The position numbers and the translations under genes are program-made. The notes under the pieces were generated by a model that saw nothing but the letters and a program-made list of their open reading frames with translations, made no database searches and was not told the origin of the DNA. A stretch of 64,000 bases of DNA. Source: Pristiophorus japonicus. Lineage: Eukaryota. Below, piece by piece: positions 38,124 through 47,799 of the stretch. Where the stretch lies: contig NC_091980.1 of the NCBI RefSeq assembly GCF_044704955.1, positions 117,304,001 through 117,368,000 on the forward strand, in the 5' to 3' direction. Each line of letters begins with the position of its first letter. The first letter of the stretch is position 1.

Positions 38124-41107
38124 TAGGAATGGCTCTTGAGCAAGGAATCAGAGTGTCAGGGCCTAAAGCTGTCCACCTAGACACGACACTGAGGTTAACA
38201 TTGGCTATACATGCCAATGTATACATTCACTAAGTAGCTCATTTAAGGATTGTGTGTTCTCCTGTCGATAAACCATATTTGAAAAGTATTTATTCTCAGG
38301 AGGTGGGCATCGCTGATATTACCCATCCCTAGTTTCCCTGAGAAGATGGTGGTATGGCTTCCGCTTGAAATAGAGGTTTTGATACAACTGACTAGCTTGC
38401 TAGGCCACTTCAGAGGGTGGTTAAAATTCAATCACATTGGTTTGGGGTCACATATAGGCCAGACCGGGTAAGGACGGCAGGTTTCCTTCTCAAATAGACA
38501 TGTGAACCAGTTGGATTTTTTCAACAATCCAAGAGCTTCGTGGTGACTTTTACTGCTCTCAGCTTTTTAATTCCAGATTATTTTTTAAATTGAATTCAAA
38601 TTCTCAAACTGCAATGTTGGGATTTAAACTTGAGGTACAGGAGGCCATTCAAGTGGGGGGAGTAAAAAAGAATGTGATAGCGGTAGGCGCCAGTATAGTC
38701 AGGAGGATAGATACTGTTCTCTGCAGTCGCGACAGGGAGTTCTTGAGGTTGTGTTGCTGGCCGGTGTTAAGGATATCTCGTCGCAGTTGGAGAAGAACTT
38801 GGAGTGGGATGGGCAGGATCAAGCAGTTGTGGTTCTTGAAGAAACCAACGAAATAGGTAAAACTAGGAATGATGTTCTGTTGAAGGAGTTTGAGGATCTA
38901 GAATCCAAATTAAAAAGTAGAACCTCAAATTGGCATAGGGACAAACAGATTAGAGGCTTAAAAGCGTGGCTCAAACAGTGGTGTGGGAGGAAGGGGTTTC
39001 AGTTCATGGGGCACTGGCACTGGGGAAAGAGGGAGCTGTTCTGTTGGGTCAGGCTCCACTTACGCTGGGCAGAGACCAGTATCCTGACAAACCAAATAAC
39101 TAGGGCAGTAGACAGGGCTTTAAACTAATGAAGGAGAGTGGGAGGATTCAGGAAAGAGTAAATTTAAAAGCAGCAAGAAAAATGTCAAGGCTCTACAGCA
39201 GAGTAGAGTTTGGGGTAAAAATATGCAGAGTGGGTCAGGAAGGGACAGAGAGAGCAGCAAAAGTAATAAGGTATCAGTGACTAAGGTGACATCAGGGAAA
39301 AATAGAAATAAGTCAAAACTAAAGGCATTATATCTGAATGCGCAAAGCAATTGAAACAAAATAAATGAATTAATAGTGCAGATGGAAATGAATAGGTTTG
39401 ATCTCATAGCCATTATGGAGAAGTGGTTGCAAAGTGGCTAAGGTTGGAAACTAAATATTCCAGAATACTTAACTTTTAGAAGACAGAAGCAAAATGGAAA
39501 AGGAGGATGAGTAGCCCTGATAATAAAGGATGGGATAAAGATAGTAGAGAGAAGGGATCTTAGCTCCAAAAATCAAGAGCAGAATTAGTTTGGGTGGAGC
39601 TACGAAACAGCAAGTGGCAGAAAACATTGGTGGAAGTTGTTTATAGGCTCCCAAACATTAGTTGTAATGTAGGGCAGAGTATAAATCAGGAAAATAGAGG
39701 TGCGTGTAACAAGGATAATACAGTAATTATGGGGGACTGGGAAAACCAAATTTGCAGTGATATATGGGATGAATTCTTGAAATGTTACGAGATAGTTTTC
39801 TCGATCAGTATGTTGAGAAACCAACTAGGGAACAGTCTGTTTTAGATCTAGTATTGTGCAATGAGAAAGTGTTAATTAATAACCTTGTAGTAAAGGGGCC
39901 TTTAGGGTTAGGGTTAGAAGACTGACCGTAATATGATAGCATTTTATGTTGAGTTTGTAAGTATTTAATTAAATCCGAAACTAGGGTCTTAAGACTAAAC
40001 AAAGAAAACTACATAGGTATGAAGGGCGAGTTGGCTAAGGAAAATTAGGAAACTACATTAAAAGGTATGATGGTAGACAAACAATGGCTAGCATTTAAAG
40101 AATTAATTCATAATTTACAACAAACATACATTCTTTTAAGGCACAGAAACCCCACAAGAAAAGTTATTCAACCGTGGCTAACAAGAGAAGTTAAAGATAT
40201 TATTAGATCAAAGAAAAAAGCTTACAATGTTGCCAAAAAGAATCATAAGCCTGAGCATTGGGAGGATTTTAGAATTCAGCAAAGGAGGACCAAAAAATTG
40301 GGAAAATAGAATGAGAATAAACTAGCAAGAGACATAAAAACAGACAGTAAAAGCTTCTATAGATATGTAAAAAGGAAAAGATTAACAAAAGTAAATGTGA
40401 GATCCTTAAAGGCTGAGACAGGAGAAATTATAATGGGGAATAAGGAAATGTCAGAGAAATTAAACAAGTACTTAGGGCCCGAACTTGGTCAATGCTAAGG
40501 CCTGCCTGTATTGTATGGGATTAATCACATACTGTTAATTATGATATTTAGTCATTTACAGTGTGTCTCTGTCCCATGCCCCGTAGAATGTTGTTGCTAT
40601 AGAGAGAGAGAGAAGTGACCTTGGGACGTACACCAGCTTGTTATGAGATGGTCGGCGCCTCAAGATCTCATGCTTTGTGGACAAGCATCTGGGGCCTTAC
40701 AGATTAGGAGTTGGCCATAAGCCACATGCACCCATGTTTTGTTCAATAGAATGTTTATTTGATAGTATAAAGGTACAGCACTGTCCCATAGCTGTACCTT
40801 GGACCTATTTTCTATGTTTCTATGTTTCTATGTGATTCGCGAGCGGTGCCGGGACCCCCAATGCTCCAGACCAGCCGTCGTTTGTGGAGTTCTCGACGGG
40901 TTGAAGGCCGTGAGCTTTGTTGCATCTTATCATACTTCTCTTTTCTTCGTAAACTGTATTATTAATGTTTCTTTTCTCTCAGTAAACGGTGTTTTATTCT
41001 TTACTTCATTTGTCTTGTCTCTTATTTAACATTCATCCGGATCCCGAACCTGGGTCTATTATTATTGATCCAAAACATTTTTGGTGTCACAAACAGGATC
41101 TGGTAAA

Positions 41108-42637
41108 ATGTTTAAGAGAAAAGACAAGAAGCAGTCTCCTTCTGCGGAAGAGAAGTATAGAATACCAGGGTGGGGCACGAGGGATGAGGGTTTTGGCTCT
41201 CTTGCCAAGGTGCTAGCCTGGTTTGGACCCCGGGATACGCCGTTATTGGAACAGAACAAAGATAAAGCCGTACCCCACGCAGTACTGTCTCTCCTGGAGG
41301 AAGCGGACTTCCCACAGGAGAAAAATAGTCCCCCACAAATGGGATGGATTTTGTTGATAGCCATAAGGGCGATGTGTAAACAACTGAAGGAAAGTGAGGC
41401 AGAAAACCGACAGTTAAAAACAGCTGTTAAGATTTTGGAAAGTCAAAACTCGACCCTGACTGAAGTGGTCCGCACTGCACAAGAACGGGCTGACAAGGTC
41501 AATGAACAATCAGAAACTTTAATATGCTGTCTGGCGACAGTACAAAATAAAAAGAAAGCTAGACGATGGAAATTACAGCTGGATTTGAAATATATCTTTT
41601 GTATTGCACTGATTTGCTGCTGCATGTGGTTTAGACTTGCTCAATTAGATCCCAGTGAGTGTTTAAAAGCCAATGCAAAATCATGTGGGGAAGGTCTACA
41701 AGCTGGAAAAAATGGAGAGGGGGGGAAACGGGAGGAAACTAAAGACGCTCCCCAATACGCTCCGAGCACGAAAGCTAGACCACTTATGACAAATAAGACG
41801 AAACAGCAAGATGGGGATCAGCCGGTAACCACTAGAGGGGTGCGTGACTTCACCACTAGTGAGCTACAAGAAATACTTAACCCCGAAGAGTTAATAAAAA
41901 TGGGGACTATGACTACGGACCACCATATCACAACAGTGCTAAGGAATGTCCAGGGCACATGTTCGCTATGGGACATGGTTACTATCAGGGTCCGGCAAAA
42001 ATATCCCTCTGCCGTTGATTGGGAAGGGGAGGTAAAACCTTGGAATACTATGGCGGAGGGTGCGATACAGTTGCGCAACATGGCAACACAGGGAGGATTA
42101 TATCACCAACCATATGGGGGGCCGGATCAGGAGCTCTTTACGGCAGGAATGCGGAGCAGGCTGATGAAGAGTGGCCCTCCTATGATGAGGGGTGCACTAC
42201 TCGCATTATTGGGACCAGCCCAAGGGCAGCGGTTGTGGCACACCTACCTATTGTTAGGGCAGTTAGAGGATGCAGAAGATAGTGTGTGAGAGTTGAGAAC
42301 GGCTAATGTAGAAGGGGATCGGGACCAACTACAAGGTTCGACCTCTGGGAACGGTACAGAGTCAGGAAAGACAAAAAAAAGAATTATGCGGAGGGACATG
42401 TTTGCGACTTTACTGAAGGCAGGGGTCCCCAAGGAAAAAATTGATGGAATCCCAACAGGAGCGATGTATTCTATGTGGAAGCAACACTGCGTCCCGGGAA
42501 CAGAGAAGGGTGAAAGGAGGAAGGTAAGGGAGACTAAGTCGGATAGCGATAAGTCTGCGGATGCGGAGAAACCACCTCCTGCTAGCCTATACCCCAACAT
42601 AGAAGAGCTGTGGAAGGCTAGTAATCCCCTCGACTAG
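41108..42637 (+). pseudogene. gag: ERV gag (ERV-L/Fv1-like), one internal TGA at 42287
   Basis: PWNTMAEGAIQLRNMA...PDQELFTAGMRSRLMKSGP resembles ERV-L-type capsid; the TGA is probably a CGA->TGA decay. Confidence 0.85.
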
Positions 42638-45600
42638 GGGTGTGGCTGGGACCCGGGAGTACCCCCCGTTAGAACCACATCAACCCAAGCTCCCGGGGAT
42701 CTGAGGCCACACATTCCGATTACGATACATTGGCGGCGGGAGGAACATACAAAGAGATGTTGCTTTACTAGACACAGGGGCAGAAGTTACTATTATCCAT
42801 GGAAATCCTAGGAAACACACAGGCACCCGTATGATGATTAATGGGTTCGGAGGGGCAGAAACGCCCCGCTGTCCGAACAACTATTAGAATGGCGTTGGGA
42901 AATGGGCCTCCGCGCTGGGTAACGGTCTTAATATCGGCAGTAAATGAACATATTATTGGGATGGACCTTTTAAAGGGAACCACACACAACACCTCATTCA
43001 GGCGATTCTCATTCGGGATACTGGCGATCACTGTGATTGCAGGGGAAGCAAAGTGGGAACCAGTGGTATTACCACGGCCCACGCGTATAGTGACTATGAA
43101 ACAGTACCGAATACCTGGGGGACACAAAGAAATAGGGGAAACCATACAAGGGCTCTTGGAGGCGGGTATCATTAGACATGCGGTGTCCCCCTACAATAGT
43201 CCTGTTTGGCCTGTGCAGAAACCCGACAAAAGTTGGAGAATGACTGTGGACTACCGACAACTGAACAAATTTGCCCCTCCCCTGGCAACTGCTGTTCCAG
43301 ATGTAGTAACTATAACAGAGCGGCTGTCTGAAGAAGGTGCGGAGTGGTATGCGGTAATCGACCTGGCCAATGCCTTTTTCTTCATTCCAATAGTGGAAGA
43401 ATCCCAGGACCAGTTTACATTCACTTGGGAAGGGAGGCAATACACGTTTAAACGCCTACCTCAGGGTTACCTACATAGTCCTACCCTATGCCACGGATTG
43501 GTGGCCCGGGACCTGGACATGTACACGTTGGCTCCTAATGTCTCACTGGCACACTACATTGATGATGTACTAATAAGGGGTCCTACCGAGGCAGTGGTGT
43601 CAGAAGCCCTAGCTACTTTAGTCCAACACATGCGAGACAGGAGCTGGGAGATAAATCCGAAGAAGATGCAGGGCCCTAGCCAGACTGTCCAGTTTCTGGG
43701 GATCCAATGGTCTCGGGGGGAGCGCATCATACCCGAGCCCGTGAAGAATAAAATTCAAGAATTGGCCACCCCATGAATAAAACTGAGACACAACGGTTCG
43801 TGGGACTATTGGGTTACTGGAGGAGACACATACCTCACCTCACGATGTTATTAAAACCGTTGTATGCCGTAACCCGAAGAAAGGCCCACTTCGAGCCAAA
43901 GATGCAGCCAAAGAAGCCGTAGCTCAAGCTTTACCCCTAGCCCCGCGAGTGCCTGGACAGCCTTTTGAGCTACAGGTATCCGTTACCAATGATACTGCAG
44001 TATGGAGTTTGTGGCAGGTTCAACATGGCATTCGTACACCGTTAGGGTCTGGTCTAGAAAATTGACAGATGCTGCTACTCATTACACTCCATTTGAGAAA
44101 CAGTTATTAGCATGTTATTGGGTTCTAACAGAAACAGAAGGACAGACAGGGGACAACAAAGTCAGTTTAAGACCAGACCTACCCATATTATCCTGGGTTC
44201 TCTCAGAAAATGAGACACAAAAGATCGGGCGAGCGCAGCAAATCTCCATAGTGCGCTGGAAATGATATATCGCAGACAGAGCAAGTAAAGGAAAAGAAGG
44301 AATCACCCGACTACATGAGCATGTGGCTGAATACCCACAAACAGCTGAGAGTGAACTTGCACAGTCATCTGTCAGTTTAACCCAAGAGTCACCGATCTCC
44401 TGGGGTGTGTCTTTGGAACAGTTAACACTGAAGAACGTAGCCATTCCTGGTTCACAGATGGCTCAGCAGTCTGGTGAAATGGCCTTCGGCGATGGAGAGC
44501 CGCTGCCTTCAATCCAAAAACCCAGACAATTGTGCATGATGAGGGCATGGGAGGCTCCAGCCAGCTCGCAGAACTAGCAGCTGTAGTCCTTCGTTAGAAG
44601 AGGAACAGCAACAAGTACACATATATACTGACTCATGGGCAGTAGCCAATGGCATGGCGAGCTGGATGCGAAACTGGCATGAATATAACTGGCAAATAAC
44701 AGGGAAAGACTTGTGGGGAAAGCACCTATGGTCCAAAGCCCAGAAGATGAAAATAACTGTATATCATGTGGACGCTCACATGAAAAACACTTCAAAGACC
44801 TCTGAATATAATAACATCGTTGATAATATAGCCCGGGTACGGGCTGTCAAAGAGGCGGAAGAGGAAGAATATTGCATAGGCAAGTGGGCCCACCACAAAT
44901 CTGGACATTTGGGCATTCAGGATACGATACAATCGGCACAAAATAGGGGGTTACATTTGACTACAGACGGTGTGAAACAGACCATAAACACTTGTGAAAT
45001 TTGTCAAAAGGTGAAGCATTTTCCCCTACAATGACGCCCATGTTAAGAGAGGGACTCAACCAATACAAATATGGCAAGTTGATTATGTAGGACCTTTACC
45101 ATTGCAACAATGGTTCCAATATTTGCTCACTGCTGTTGATACCTATTCTGGACTTTTGATAGCTTATCCAGTGACTAAAGTGAATCAACAAAGTACGATT
45201 AAAGGACTGGAGAATTTAATCACATACTACGGGGAGCCAGCAGAAGTACAGTCCGATAATGGGTCGCACTTCACAGGTCAAACAGTGCAACAGTGGGCGG
45301 TAGACAACGGGATCTTTTGGAAGTTTCACATACCTTACTATCCACAAGCTGCAGGGTTAATGGAATGCATGAATGAACTACTTAAGCAACAGATTAAAAT
45401 ATTAACTCCCACTAACACATTGCAAGGGTAATTAAAGGTCTTACCACAAGTAGTACGCAATCTGAATCACCAACCATTACGGGGGGGAGCGCCCATAAGC
45501 CACATGTTAGGCAAAGTTAGTTTCCCTACTATTGAAAAAGAAAATCAGACTCAGGACACAGTTTGTGAAGACAGAAAAGTGTGGGTGCAGTAGCCCAGAA

Positions 45601-45680
45601 ACCCTTACAAGTAGGGAAAATCTTAGCGAAAGGAGAAGGAAACACTTATGGGGTGCTTCTGACTGGTCAAGATATTCCTC
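42638..45680 (+). pseudogene. pol: ERV pro-pol (protease, RT, RNase H, integrase), disrupted
   Basis: LLDTGAE; NSPVWPVQKPDKSWRMTVDYR, IDLANAFF, LPQGYLHSP, HYIDD; WFTDGS, SSQLAEL, YTDSW; HHCC, WQVDY, SDNGSHF. Confidence 0.93.
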
Positions 45681-45761
45681 TCTGTGTTGACAAGGGTAAA
45701 TTGTCTAAACGATGCTGAAATTAATATAATTATGCTTCCTCCCACAGAAATTCTGCCAAAA

Positions 45762-46103
45762 ATGGTGACTTACCAACTCGTGCTGGCAAGTCTCTGTGTC
45801 TTGTTATCTGTGACTGTGCTCCTTCCATCCTCAAACACAGCATGGGATGGCCGTACAGGGTGGCGGTTAGTTAACACTGATCGTACGCAAGACAATCAAG
45901 GGTGGATTGTATTGGTGGGACATCTTTTACGGATGGTCCCCAAAACATCCGCCGCTTTGAAGCTATTAATACATCCTATCGTTGTTTTACTTATCGCGTT
46001 ATTACTGCTTGTATGTATTCTTAGGTGTAGATTGCGGGCGTTGCTTGCGCAGACTCAACGTGTAACTGATGCATTACACCTTCAACTTGATTATATTACT
46101 TAG
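45762..46103 (+). CDS. 113-aa mini-env remnant (signal peptide fused to TM anchor and tail)
   Basis: Env position; acceptor cttcctcccacag at 45747; Kozak AAAATGG; two hydrophobic segments. Confidence 0.6.
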   Translation: MVTYQLVLASLCVLLSVTVLLPSSNTAWDGRTGWRLVNTDRTQDNQGWIVLVGHLLRMVPKTSAALKLLIHPIVVLLIALLLLVCILRCRLRALLAQTQRVTDALHLQLDYIT

Positions 46104-47799
46104 AATGTCTAAATATCAAGGGTGGATTGTATTGTATGGGGTTAATCACATATTGTTAATTTACAGTGTGTCTCTGTCCCATGCCCCATAGAATGTTGTT
46201 GCTATAGAGAGAGAGAGAAGCGACTTTGGGACGCACACCATCTTGTTATGAGATGGTCGGCGCCTCAAGATCTCATGCTTTGTGGACAAGCATCTGGGGC
46301 CTTACAGATTAGAAGTTGGCCATAAGCCACATGCATCCATGTTTTGTTCAATAGTATGTTTATTTGATAGTATAAAGGTACAGCATTGTCCCATAGCTCT
46401 TTGAACTTCACCTTGGACCGTGATTCGCGAGCGGTGCTGGGACCCTCAATGCTCCAGACCAGTCGTCGCTTGTGGAGTTCCCGACGGGCGGAAGGCCGTG
46501 AGCGTTATTGCATCTTATCATACTTCTCTTTTCTTCGTAAACTGTATTATTAATGTTTCTTTTCTCTCAGTAAATGGTGTTTTATTCTTTACTTCATTTG
46601 TCTTGTCTCTTATTTAACATTCATCCGGATCCATAACCTGGGTCTATTATTATTGATCCAAAACACTGCCCAAGTGCCACACAAAGGACTGCTGAGAGAC
46701 CAAGCGGTATTTTGCCAGGAAGATTCCTCTAAAAGATCTACCATTACCGCCCGGCGGCAAAAAAACAACTAATGCCGTGAATCTGGCCAGCAGCGGGCGG
46801 GTGCTCCCAATCTCGGCAGGAAATGCAATCCTCGCCAAAGTGCCGCCAAGGATCGAGTCGGGCCCAGGGAGGGGGGAACAGATAAAAATAAAAATTTAGA
46901 CAAAAAAAAACACTGGAAAACCTTCAGGCAACATCATCCACCCAAATCACTGAAAATAAAAGAAGTTCACTAACCTTTTTTTGCAGGTCTTCTTACTTAC
47001 CGTTGGGGTTAGACCTGCCTTCACGCAGTGGTCCTTCCCCCTGCTGCCGCCGACTCCCACCCGGAGGACTCTGCCAGCTCGGTGGCCGGGAGGACACTTA
47101 CGCACCTTGCATGCTAGCGGCCATCAGCTGGCGGTTCCCAGCGGTCCTCCCCTCCTGCCGGCGGGAGGCCTAGAGGAAACTGGCACCGAGGGGAGACCGT
47201 CCAAAAAACACGGCAGCAGCCGACGCAGTGGGCGGTAAGGGCACCAAGTTCAGGCCCTTTGTGTCTGTCTTCATGGAAGAAGAGGCAAAATACTTCCTGG
47301 AAATATTGGGGAGCCAAGGGTCGAGCGAAAACAAGGACCTAACAGGAATTAGTATCAGTAAAAAAAAAAAGTACTGGAGAAATTAATGGGACTGAAAGCC
47401 AATAAATCCCCTGGACCTGATGGCCTATATCCTAGGGTTTTGAAACAGGTAGCTATAGAGATAATGAATGCATTGGTTGTCAGCTTCCAAACATCCATAA
47501 GGTTGGAATTTCCGGTCCTTTGCGCTCCGAGTTTGCCCCGGAGTGGTGTAAAAGGTAGCGTTCAGGTTTCCTGCGGTCCTTTGCAATCCTCCGGTCCATG
47601 TTTGCGGCGGCACTCAGTAGCACCGTCAGGAAGAGCTGTACCGGGTGTGCAACTCCTCTGGTTGCAAAACCGGCAGTACTTTGGCCTTTTGCCAGATCCT
47701 ACTGCCTGGAGGTATGCCCACAAAGACTGCCTGGGAAATCTGTGCAGTCCAGCCATGCCAGTGGCAGTGAGGAAGGTAAAGTACTCCGAAGTGAAAACA

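Larger units (their letters stand above)
40507..46665 (+). mobile_element. Endogenous retrovirus, class III (ERV-L/ERV-S-like) provirus
   Basis: LTRs 40507-41077 and 46128-46665 (TG...CA); 5-bp TSD CTGCC; PBS TGGTGTCACAAACAGGAT at 41082; PPT before 46128; gag-pro-RT-RH-IN-env remnant. Confidence 0.95.
40475..47257. mobile_element. Harbinger-type MITE hosting the ERV
   Basis: TIR GGGCCCGAACTTGG / CCAAGTTCAGGCCC (13/14), 3-bp TSD TTA/TTT. Confidence 0.85.
38630..47499 (+). mobile_element. Old CR1 (ORF1 esterase + ORF2 5' half), split at 40474/47258 by nested insertions
   Basis: VIAVGASIVR (GDS-esterase block); EN remnants; aaacaagtac|ttt gtgtctgtcttca rejoins across the insertion; GLKANKSPGPDG at 47386. 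Confidence 0.85.
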
